This document shows positions 19,703 to 28,439 of a stretch of DNA of 64,000 bases, one piece after another. Under the pieces are notes generated by a model. That model worked only from the letters and a program-made list of their open reading frames with translations, was not told the origin of the DNA and searched no databases. Made by a program: the position numbers and the translations under genes. Position 1 is the stretch's first letter. Every line of letters begins with the position of its first letter. The DNA comes from Candidatus Poribacteria bacterium (lineage in GTDB: Bacteria; Poribacteria; WGA-4E; WGA-3G): contig JAJDWA010000037.1 of assembly GCA_022825825.1 (NCBI GenBank), positions 34-64,033 on the forward strand, written 5' to 3'.

Positions 19703-20878
19703 TTACCGTTGTTGCAATTCTGCTTTCTTGGCATCTGATGTTGAGGTTGTCTTGAATATCACCTGAAAGATTTTAATATCCCCTGCCTCAGTGTCGGTCA
19801 CAAATATCTGTCCTCTCTGTGAAACAGCGATTCCACAAGGATTCAATAGTGTCTTCACGGTGAATTCTATAACAGTGTGTCCTTCTGATGTAAAAACCTG
19901 AATGCGTCTATTTCCACTATCTGTAACATACAAATAGTTCCAAGCGTCTACGGCAAGTCTTTTCGGTTCTTGGAACTGCCCGAGCGCACTCCCCTTCTCA
20001 CCCCACGTCCGGATTGGATTTCCACTGAAATCGTAACTCATAATGCGATGGTTACCAGTATCCACCACATACACAGTGCCATGTGGATTCACAACAAGGT
20101 CAGTTGGATTCCAAAATTGCTCTCGACTATTCCCGAAACTACCCATCGTAAGAATAGGCGCGAGGTTTCGACTAAATTGGACCCAGCGATGATTAAGGGT
20201 GTCGACTACAAAAACTTCGCCGTTCCGACCAAGACTGATACCCTCAGGCCCATCAAACTCAAAGTCTTGGGAAGTAGTCGTAATTGGATAAAAAATGCGA
20301 TGCACCAGATTGCAATACTGTACTCGGTTATTTCCTGTATCTGCAACGTAGAGGGTGTCCAAACTGAGTGCTACGTCATTAGGGAAATCAAACTCACCGT
20401 CACGCCATCCGTAACTTCCGAATTCAGCAATGAAGTGACCATTACTATCAATAACTTGCACGCGATTGTTCCCCGCGTCCGCCACGTATAGCTGCCCATA
20501 GGCATCTATAATTAGTCCCATAGGCATCAGAAACTCACCAATACCTTGCCCTGTTCTGCCGATCGTCTTAACGTAGCGAACACCTAATATTGGAGGGGTT
20601 TCTCGCTCCCGAATTGAAGGAACAAAATCTACTTTTGAAGATATTAGAGGATGCTGCGCGCTTTTCCCATTAGGTTCAGGCACAGTGCAACTTGCATAGC
20701 ATAGGAGAGAAACACAGACGAGAATAAAGCCACTGCGGGCAAACTTTATTGAAGTATTGATAAGAAAAGAAAGAAAGGAATTTGAGGAACGATCCCCTGG
20801 ATCCGGTATTGGCAGGATTAATTTTACATCAACCTCGCTGTACCTTAAATTTGAAAACAAACGTTGTCTGCTGATCAT
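19703..20878 (-). CDS. NHL-repeat beta-propeller lipoprotein
   Basis: Six NHL-type blades: YVADAGNNRVQVID, YVADTGNNRVQYC, VVDTLNHRWVQF, YVVDTGNHRIMSYD, YVTDSGNRRIQVF, FVTDTEAGDIKIF. A lipobox-like LLCYASC is present. The true start is uncertain because the ATG at 20878 overlaps the upstream gene by 50 nt. Confidence 0.8.
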   Translation of the reverse strand: MISRQRLFSNLRYSEVDVKLILPIPDPGDRSSNSFLSFLINTSIKFARSGFILVCVSLLCYASCTVPEPNGKSAQHPLISSKVDFVPSIRERETPPILGVRYVKTIGRTGQGIGEFLMPMGLIIDAYGQLYVADAGNNRVQVIDSNGHFIAEFGSYGWRDGEFDFPNDVALSLDTLYVADTGNNRVQYCNLVHRIFYPITTTSQDFEFDGPEGISLGRNGEVFVVDTLNHRWVQFSRNLAPILTMGSFGNSREQFWNPTDLVVNPHGTVYVVDTGNHRIMSYDFSGNPIRTWGEKGSALGQFQEPKRLAVDAWNYLYVTDSGNRRIQVFTSEGHTVIEFTVKTLLNPCGIAVSQRGQIFVTDTEAGDIKIFQVIFKTTSTSDAKKAELQQR

Positions 20879-21506
20879 TGAATTCGCTCGTCACACCGGG
20901 AATAATAATACGCAGATTATTAGATTTGATACTGCGTTTTGGAAAATAGAGATAGAATAATGAACTGTTTTTCGGCATAATGTTCGTCTTCTTTAAATCA
21001 TCTGTTGGTAGAACAGCATACCCCCCTTGTACACGAATAGTCTTGTCATATCGGAAAACATCTGCTGCAAATTCAGGGGGCAGATTCGGTCTATCATTCT
21101 TTTTTAAATAGAATGATAGCTGCGATTTGTCAATCTGTTTTACAATGTTGCCTGCTTGATCCAACATCTGACAATCCTCTTTTTTTAAACTGATCCAGTG
21201 ATTTGTTCTGTTGTAAATAAGAACTCCAAACGCATCAACATTTTTCACATCATTGAGTGCCACCGTCATTACGACTATTCCGTTTTCTACATAAATAACG
21301 GTGCCTGTCTGTGGCGTAATTGTTGCATCCGGATCAAAAACTGGGACTATCCGCTCTGGTCGGAAGAAATCTACGAGTCCACTCCGCATCTTTGCACATC
21401 CAGTTATAGATACAGATAGTGCAAACATCGCTAAAATCTGACAAGTCCGTATCCAAATTAAAGATGAATACTGTGTGGTATTTGTCGAATCACCGAAAAA
21501 CCTCAT
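20829..21506 (-). CDS. Hypothetical lipoprotein
   Basis: Signal peptide with lipobox (ALSVSITGC). First gene of the three-gene envelope cluster. Confidence 0.6.
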   Translation of the reverse strand: MRFFGDSTNTTQYSSLIWIRTCQILAMFALSVSITGCAKMRSGLVDFFRPERIVPVFDPDATITPQTGTVIYVENGIVVMTVALNDVKNVDAFGVLIYNRTNHWISLKKEDCQMLDQAGNIVKQIDKSQLSFYLKKNDRPNLPPEFAADVFRYDKTIRVQGGYAVLPTDDLKKTNIMPKNSSLFYLYFPKRSIKSNNLRIIIPGVTSEFNDQQTTFVFKFKVQRG

Positions 21507-21530
21507 TTAAACGTGCTCCTTTTTCCTTTA

Positions 21531-22481
21531 TCAATTGTTATATACCAACATTGCTGCACCGACGAATCCTGCGTCATTTCCTAATTTTGCTGGAACAATT
21601 TCCATACCACCGGGAATGTCCATTGTTCGTTTAGTAAACTCTTCACGAATATGTTGAAAGAGTAGGTTTTCCCCTGCTGCAGCAATTCCTCCACCAATGA
21701 TCGCTATTTGCGGGTTAAGGATATGTGCTATAGATGTCAACGCAACAGCGATATATCTACCTGTTTCCGCCCAAATATTAAGTGCCAGTTCATCTCCCGC
21801 GGTTGCTGCTTCAGCGATTTGCTTCGGGGTCAGGACTCCCGAGTCCAAACAGGTTTTCTTCCCTTCTGCTATTTGCTGTTGTGTTCGCTCTACAATGTGT
21901 CTCGCGCCGGCGTAAGCCTCGAGACAACCGTGATTACCGCATCCACACTTACGACCATCCGGTTGCACCACCGTATGTCCTAGTTCGCCTGCTGTATTCC
22001 AACTTCCATGGTAGACCTTTCTGTTGATGACGACACCACCGCCAACACCTGTGCCGAGCGTGAGTCCTACGGCGTTTTCATAACCGACCCCCGCACCGTG
22101 ATGCAGTTCACCTAGGACCATCGCATTGACATCGTTGTCAATATAGAGTGGCAGGTCTAAGCCGCCAAGTTCTTCAGTAACATAATTCAATAGCGGGACA
22201 TCGCTCCATCCAGGAAAGTTCGGTGAAAAATGGATAACACCACTGTCAGCGATGATGAGTCCTGCCGCCCCCAAGCCGATACCGACAATTTCCTTTTTGT
22301 CTTCCTTTTCCGCTAATTCAATAATTTGGTAGATTGTCTGAGCAATACGGGTTGCTATTGCTCTTGCACCTTCATCCACACAAGTAGAAACGACCATGCG
22401 GCACGAAAGTTTACCATCTGCTGCCAACAAACCTGCTTTAATATAAGTTCCACCGAGATCAATTCCTATGCTATATTTCAT
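21531..22481 (-). CDS. ROK-family glucokinase
   Basis: N-terminal IGIDLGGTYIK ATPase motif and the ROK zinc motif CGCGNHGCLEAY. Confidence 0.88.
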   Translation of the reverse strand: MKYSIGIDLGGTYIKAGLLAADGKLSCRMVVSTCVDEGARAIATRIAQTIYQIIELAEKEDKKEIVGIGLGAAGLIIADSGVIHFSPNFPGWSDVPLLNYVTEELGGLDLPLYIDNDVNAMVLGELHHGAGVGYENAVGLTLGTGVGGGVVINRKVYHGSWNTAGELGHTVVQPDGRKCGCGNHGCLEAYAGARHIVERTQQQIAEGKKTCLDSGVLTPKQIAEAATAGDELALNIWAETGRYIAVALTSIAHILNPQIAIIGGGIAAAGENLLFQHIREEFTKRTMDIPGGMEIVPAKLGNDAGFVGAAMLVYNN

Positions 22482-22555
22482 TTTTTAAGTAGTTGTTGAT
22501 ATTAGAATTTCTGAATCACTTCTTCGTCCGTGGATTGCTGACTGCCAAAAGCCGC

Positions 22556-23806
22556 CTAACCGTAGGAATTCCATTTAATACGCGCGCCATCACCAACGTT
22601 ACATATATAAATGTCAGGTTCAATGCCTGTGCGACGCGGATATTCCTTCATTACCCGGTCCTGCAACTCCTCTACAGCGTCTTGGTAGACTAAATTCACT
22701 GTACATCCCCCAAAACCTGCTCCTGTCATTCTTGCGCCGATAACACCATCAATACTTTGTGCAATATCCGTCAATATATTTAACTCATCACAACTGACTT
22801 CATAAGCATCGCGTAGACCTGTGTGTGAAGCATTCATGAGTTTGCCAAAGGTGTTTATCTCTTTCGCTGCGAGGGCATCTATAGCACTTTGCACTCGCGT
22901 GTTTTCTTCTACAACATATCTACACCTTTTTTGTGTAATCTGAGGTAGTTCTGCTTCATATTTTTTGAAATCTGCTAACGTCACATCTCTAAGTGAGGTA
23001 ATAGTAGGCATCCACTGCTGCAAAATCTCAACCCCTTTTTCACATTCAGCACGCCGCTTATTATACTCTGAAGAAGCAAGTTCACGTTTGACATTGGTAT
23101 TACAGATGACAAGCAGAATATCGGTTAAGTTGAGTGGGATCTGCTTGTATTCAAGTGAACGGCAATCTAAAAACAGCGCGTGATCTGCTTTTCCTAATAA
23201 AGAGATAGATTGGTCCATGATGCCACAGTTGACACCAGCAAATTCATTTTCTGCACGTTGACATAGCGCTGCTAACTCCATCGGGGGCAGTTGGATCAAT
23301 TCAATCTCACTATTAGAATTTATACCTGTGTTTGCTATTTCTAAGCCACATACCCCTAAAAAAGCGAGCGCTGACGCTACTTCAAGCGCAGCAGAAGAGC
23401 TAAGTCCCGCACTAATTGGGACATTTCCAGCAATTACAGCAGATATGCCGTTCAACGTGTGGCCACTTTTTCGTAAGACCTGTTCTTGTAAGAAGTGCGC
23501 AACACCCCTCAGATAATTACCCCACGGAGGTGTCTTTGCGTCCTCAATTGTCCCCAAATTGAAGGTGCATGCCTCATTCATATCTAAAGCATGAAGGTGC
23601 ACTTGGTCGTCAGAACGTTTGCGCGCAGCAATGTGGAGATATTTATCAATAGCGACAGGAAACACAAAACCGTCATTGTAATCTGTATGCTCACCGATTA
23701 GGTTAACCCTTCCTGGTGCAGACACAATGAAATCCGGTGGATGACCGAAATGTTTGTGAAATTCCTGTGCTAATCTATCGATCAAAATAGACGGTTTCTG
23801 TTCCAT
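22556..23806 (-). CDS. galK: Galactokinase
   Basis: Galactokinase signature GRVNLIGEHTDYNDGFVFP, and GHMP kinase motifs PISAGLSSSAALE and GAGFGGC. Confidence 0.92.
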   Translation of the reverse strand: MEQKPSILIDRLAQEFHKHFGHPPDFIVSAPGRVNLIGEHTDYNDGFVFPVAIDKYLHIAARKRSDDQVHLHALDMNEACTFNLGTIEDAKTPPWGNYLRGVAHFLQEQVLRKSGHTLNGISAVIAGNVPISAGLSSSAALEVASALAFLGVCGLEIANTGINSNSEIELIQLPPMELAALCQRAENEFAGVNCGIMDQSISLLGKADHALFLDCRSLEYKQIPLNLTDILLVICNTNVKRELASSEYNKRRAECEKGVEILQQWMPTITSLRDVTLADFKKYEAELPQITQKRCRYVVEENTRVQSAIDALAAKEINTFGKLMNASHTGLRDAYEVSCDELNILTDIAQSIDGVIGARMTGAGFGGCTVNLVYQDAVEELQDRVMKEYPRRTGIEPDIYICNVGDGARIKWNSYG

Positions 23807-23895
23807 CCCATTTACCCTTTTGTCTTGCTATTAATTTGTCTAAATAGACACCTGATTTGAGTTTGTTGAATCTCTGTTCATTGTTTACTCAATCA

Positions 23896-26550
23896 TTAAA
23901 ACGCATTTGCCACAATAACTAAATCTTGGATATTTACAACACCATCACCATTGAGATCGGGTTCTGCTTCGCCAAAGGCATTCGCGACAGCAACTAAATC
24001 TAAGATATTCACAATGCCATCGTCATTGACATCCGCATCGGACCGAAATTCGGTGAGATTTAATCCAGCGAGTGGACTAAAATCGGTAGCTGGATTGTTC
24101 CTAATCCACAACCCTTCCAAATTTGTAAGTCCAGCAAGCGGGTTAAAGTCTTCAATCTGGTTATTTGAAAGACTTAACTCCCGAAGTGTCTTCAGTCCCG
24201 CAAGTGGACTAATATCCGAAACCTTACTATTTATCAGAGTGAGCTGCTCTAAGTTGATGAGATTCGCCAACGGAGTGATGTCAAGCGTTGGCGTTTCTGG
24301 AGAGAGATTTGAAAGATACAGATTTTCAAGAGTAGTCAAGTTAGTAAGCGGGCGCAGGTCTGTTATTGGATTCCCACTCAGGCGTAAAGCGGCGAGATTT
24401 GTTGCAAACTCTAAGCCTGTTATATTAACAATGCCTTTGTGGTCTGCTCTCAGATTACGCACAAGCCATAGCATCTTCTCTTTTGTCAAGTGTGCCGCTG
24501 CGGGCAGCCCGAGTGCCTCTCGAACTGCGGCGCGCAATGCCGCGTCAGGCATCCATTCTGATGCCAATTCTGGTGGGGTCTCTATCGCAAGGTCTAACAC
24601 TTTGACGGTACCATCAGCAGTTATACCGGGTTCCTGTTTCAGATACATCTCGCCATCTAAATCTGGGATGATGTGTGTTGTGCTTGTGATACCACTTTCT
24701 ACACCAATGGCTTGCGTTGAGAACTGAATTTTTTGTGCCTTCCCGCTGCGGTTGTAAACTGCCCAGCCGTTGGTGAACTCTCGAACAAAGAGTCCTTCAC
24801 AGTTGTCACAGAGTTGTCCCTTTTTTCCAATAGGTTGTCCAAGATCAGCATTCCAGAAATCATACCAGAAATTATGGGAGTCCATCCACTTGTTCCAACT
24901 ACCGGCTGGATAAGTTAAGCGAACGTAGCCATCAGAGTGCGTCAGCCCTCTTGTTGTAAACATACGCATTCGTCTTTGATTGTCCGGACTGTCCGGTGGT
25001 TGATCCGGCAAAAGGAATCCTTCGCCCCAGTTAACAGTTGGTTGTCGCAAGTGTTTTTCATTCCAGAGTAATGTCTCATCGAGCACTTGAAGCAGTTTAT
25101 ATGTGCCGCCAGCAGTTCCTTTATAGTCTTCACCCGGTTCCATCGCGGAACCATTGACGTATTCTGCATACTGAACAGGTTTATTTCGCCCCGCATTTAC
25201 AATGATTAGGAAGTCATCACGCACCTGCTCTCGGACTCCTCGTAAAATACGGTTGCGTGCTTCAATAATTAATTCATAAGCAAACCAGTCTCCGAATGAT
25301 GCATCACCACCAAACCCATCCAATAGAATACCATCAAAAATACCACATTCGGAAAACCCTACAATCCTTTCAATAAGCAAATCCTGTAAATCTGGATTTA
25401 AAAGGTTCATCATATACTCACCATTTGAATTTTGGACTATTCTACCTTCACTATCTCGAAGCCAAAAATCAGAATCAACTGGAAAAGCCCTGTTGTTTGG
25501 TGGTAGATGGTTATGAATACGTACTTCCCTAAAAAATAGCATATTGGGGTTACGTTGAAGTAGTTGTTGATGGATTGCTTTTGCCTCTTCAATATCGCCT
25601 GAAAGTTGAGTTCTTAAGCCAAATGGTTCTGTTTGTGATGTCTTCCAGGACAACCCCAAAGATGTACCATAATTAAAGTCATAGTTGGTAGATTCTTCGC
25701 CATCGGGATGTATTCCTACTATTGATGGAAAATTTCTATTTTTAATGCGTGATTCAACTGAATCACGCAGTGGAATGAGATCACACACCTCATCATAGTG
25801 GAACTCTATAAGATTTAAAGAGAGTAGTGGGCTTATATCTCTCGTCCAATTTTTCTGAATCCATAGCTTTTCGAGATTTGTCAATTCGGCAAGCAGACTA
25901 AAGTCCTCAATGTGATTATTTGCAATATGTAATTCCCGAAGTTTCTTGAGTCCCACCAGTGGTGTGATATCCGTAATCCCGTTCCCCGCCAGAGAGAGCA
26001 CCTCTAAGTTGATAAGATTCGTCAACGGACGCAGATCAAGATTTGTCGGATTGGCGGGAAAGTGCCAAAAATGTAGCTCCACGAGTTGTGTCAAATTTGC
26101 CAGAGGACGTAGGTCTGTTATAGGATTTCTACTCAGGTGCAATACTCTGAGCTTCGTCAGGCCCGCCAGCGGTGTGATATCGGAAATTCCATTCTCCACC
26201 AGAGAGAGTCTGTCTAAGTTTATTAGATTTGCCAATGGGCGCAGGTTTGTTATGGGATTCTTATCCAAATGTAATACTCTGAGTTTCGTCGCAAACTCTA
26301 ATCCAGCTATGTCGGTGATACCGCTATCCCGCACATTGAGATCCTTTAGCCGGGGCATCTTATCCTTCGTCAAGAGTTCGTCTGCCGGTAGTTTTAAAGC
26401 CTCGCGCACTGCTTGCCGCAAGTTTGGATCAGGCATCCATTCTTCAGCATCTTCTGCGTAGATAAGAGTGTTGTAGCCAAGTATGCCTATAACAGATACA
26501 AACAATATCCGAAACCATAACGATTTACAACATGTTTTTTTGATTTTCAT
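23896..26550 (-). CDS. Secreted LRR - central TIM-barrel-like (possible glycoside-hydrolase-like) - LRR - dockerin protein
   Basis: Signal peptide, then two homologous LRR blocks (LxLxxNxIxDIxPLxxLxxL). Each block is introduced by EWMPD..LR.AVREAL.LP. The C-terminus has tandem dockerin-type Ca-binding repeats DVNDDGIVNILDLVAVANAF and DLNGDGVVNIQDLVIVANAF. The central-domain assignment is weak. Confidence 0.75.
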   Translation of the reverse strand: MKIKKTCCKSLWFRILFVSVIGILGYNTLIYAEDAEEWMPDPNLRQAVREALKLPADELLTKDKMPRLKDLNVRDSGITDIAGLEFATKLRVLHLDKNPITNLRPLANLINLDRLSLVENGISDITPLAGLTKLRVLHLSRNPITDLRPLANLTQLVELHFWHFPANPTNLDLRPLTNLINLEVLSLAGNGITDITPLVGLKKLRELHIANNHIEDFSLLAELTNLEKLWIQKNWTRDISPLLSLNLIEFHYDEVCDLIPLRDSVESRIKNRNFPSIVGIHPDGEESTNYDFNYGTSLGLSWKTSQTEPFGLRTQLSGDIEEAKAIHQQLLQRNPNMLFFREVRIHNHLPPNNRAFPVDSDFWLRDSEGRIVQNSNGEYMMNLLNPDLQDLLIERIVGFSECGIFDGILLDGFGGDASFGDWFAYELIIEARNRILRGVREQVRDDFLIIVNAGRNKPVQYAEYVNGSAMEPGEDYKGTAGGTYKLLQVLDETLLWNEKHLRQPTVNWGEGFLLPDQPPDSPDNQRRMRMFTTRGLTHSDGYVRLTYPAGSWNKWMDSHNFWYDFWNADLGQPIGKKGQLCDNCEGLFVREFTNGWAVYNRSGKAQKIQFSTQAIGVESGITSTTHIIPDLDGEMYLKQEPGITADGTVKVLDLAIETPPELASEWMPDAALRAAVREALGLPAAAHLTKEKMLWLVRNLRADHKGIVNITGLEFATNLAALRLSGNPITDLRPLTNLTTLENLYLSNLSPETPTLDITPLANLINLEQLTLINSKVSDISPLAGLKTLRELSLSNNQIEDFNPLAGLTNLEGLWIRNNPATDFSPLAGLNLTEFRSDADVNDDGIVNILDLVAVANAFGEAEPDLNGDGVVNIQDLVIVANAF

Positions 26551-26627
26551 AGATAACTTGAGTTAGATCATGGATAAATTTTACTTTAGTGTTCTGTAGG
26601 TGTAGATACTATAATGTTTGACTATTC

Positions 26628-27392
26628 TCAATCAATTGTAGCGAAAAACTTCAATAACCGCGCTAACACCGTGGGCAACTCCAGGCGTGGAATATAGCAG
26701 TCTACACTAATGTCTGGAGTACGTGAGTTTAGTTCGCGATTCTTTTCAGGGAGAAGTTGTTCTTCAGGTGCATGTAAAGCTGGTTGTGGTTGAAATCGAG
26801 ATGCATTTTCTAATCGTGATGCACACTCTGCTATAACGATTTCACCAACAGGCAGATATGGTGCAAACTGTCCAATACTCGTTTCAGTCAAAATAGTTAA
26901 ATGTGGCAGTGATTTTTCCGCTAATTCCTCTAACTGTAGAAACAGTGGCACAATTTCAGAAAAGGAAATTTGCGATTCAACCGGACTCGCCGTGAAAATA
27001 GAAAGCAGAGGAATTGATTCTTTCAACGCACGCCCAATTGCTTCAGAAAATACCTGCAAATGTTGCTGTAGAAGGGGAGAATCTGGGTGCAAAATAAACA
27101 AACTGACCGTATAGCCGGCAATATCCTCTTCAGTAGCAAGAATATCAATTGTAGACTCTGTAGGCTCACCTGAAAATCCATCAGCGGTGTCAGGAGCATT
27201 CTCATCCATAAGAAGCTTTAGGCGATTTTCAATAGATAAAGGAAATAATTCTTTACACTTTGGGCAGATAAAACCGTTTCGTTCTAATTCTCCTCGGAAA
27301 GACACCTCATTACAATACGTGCATTTGTGCCATAAACCGATACTTTCCTCTGCTATTTCGGCGTTTCGCGTAGTTTCCATATTTTGATCCAT
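26628..27392 (-). CDS. AccD-like zinc-ribbon protein with degenerate carboxyltransferase motifs
   Basis: GLWHKCTYCNEVSFRGELERNGFICPKCKELFPLSIENRLKLLMDE aligns with E. coli AccD [46 protein letters not shown]. The remainder is colinear, but the glycine-rich motifs GGSMG, SGGARMQE and TMGGV are replaced by DSPLL, ASPVESQ and SIGQF. Confidence 0.7.
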   Translation of the reverse strand: MDQNMETTRNAEIAEESIGLWHKCTYCNEVSFRGELERNGFICPKCKELFPLSIENRLKLLMDENAPDTADGFSGEPTESTIDILATEEDIAGYTVSLFILHPDSPLLQQHLQVFSEAIGRALKESIPLLSIFTASPVESQISFSEIVPLFLQLEELAEKSLPHLTILTETSIGQFAPYLPVGEIVIAECASRLENASRFQPQPALHAPEEQLLPEKNRELNSRTPDISVDCYIPRLELPTVLARLLKFFATID

Positions 27393-27451
27393 TAGAGTTT
27401 GTAAACGGGTAATCTATGCGTGGTCGGTATAAATTTAGTGATAATTTAGCA

Positions 27452-27796
27452 TTAAAGAAAACTTGCAATTGCCTCTGCTTCTGTATCATATCGGTCAAAT
27501 ATCGTTACAAGTTTAGCCATAATAATAAGACTTCTAATGTTTCCACCGATGTTGAGGAGAACCACTCTGCCATTATTGCGTCTGATAGATGCATAGGCAG
27601 CAACAATTACACCCAATCCAGAACTATCCATCATTTGGACACGTTCCATATTTAAAATCATAAATACTGGTTCACCACTGGCCTCTTGAATTTGGTTATC
27701 AATGATGTTTTTCAGTGCAATTGTATTAGGGCCAACAAGGTTACCCTCAATATCTAAAATAGTAACACTCCCTTTATGTCGTAGGTTGATTTGCAT
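27452..27796 (-). CDS. STAS-domain anti-sigma-factor antagonist (SpoIIAA/RsbV-like)
   Basis: Starts at MQINL, with the RBS GAAGGAG upstream. The conserved phosphorylatable-serine motif MDSSGLG is present. Confidence 0.85.
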   Translation of the reverse strand: MQINLRHKGSVTILDIEGNLVGPNTIALKNIIDNQIQEASGEPVFMILNMERVQMMDSSGLGVIVAAYASIRRNNGRVVLLNIGGNIRSLIIMAKLVTIFDRYDTEAEAIASFL

Positions 27797-27938
27797 AAAT
27801 ACTCCTTCTTTTAAAATTTTGCCTTCCTGAAAGCACAGATAAGCCAACTTTGTTAGAATATAAACATTCGTTAATGTCAAGGTACTCCTTTTGGATTAGT
27901 ATCTGTTAACGTACGTGACATTCTCCAGCTATCTGGAG

Positions 27939-28367
27939 CTACAAATTCGGGCTTTGCTTAAATTTAACCATCTTGACAATGGTGCCTTCAGCCTCGTAGC
28001 TCACTTCGTCCATGCACGCTTCCATCAGGAAAAGGCCGCGTCCACTGCTTTTCAGTAGATTTTCTGGTTCAAGTGGATTCGCAACATTTTCGCGCTGAAA
28101 CCCAGGCCCTTCATCAGTTACAACAATCGTGAGTTTCTCATCTTCAATAAGAAACTCAAATGTCGCCGTCTTATTAATATCTTCTTTATTGCCGTGTTTG
28201 ATTGCGTTTGTCCCTGCTTCAATGACAGCTAGGTTCACATGCTCCTGCGCTTCTTCATCAAAATTCATCTCTCTCAGAATATCACTGCAAACAGTGTCGA
28301 GTAGATAAATCAACTGCATTGTGCTTGGGAGAGAAAGGAAAATTCTCCATTGGGTTTTCTCGCCCAC
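27939..28367 (-). CDS. RsbW/SpoIIAB-like anti-sigma serine kinase (HATPase_c)
   Basis: N-box AVIEAGTNAIKHG, G1 box VTDEGPGF, G2 box SGRGLFLM. GTG start with a GGAG RBS. Confidence 0.85.
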   Translation of the reverse strand: MGEKTQWRIFLSLPSTMQLIYLLDTVCSDILREMNFDEEAQEHVNLAVIEAGTNAIKHGNKEDINKTATFEFLIEDEKLTIVVTDEGPGFQRENVANPLEPENLLKSSGRGLFLMEACMDEVSYEAEGTIVKMVKFKQSPNL

Positions 28368-28439
28368 GTTTTAGGCTCCTTCTTTGTGAATGCAAATGTC
28401 CGTGTTGTATATCATTCAAATAAATTTCCTGCAATGCAA

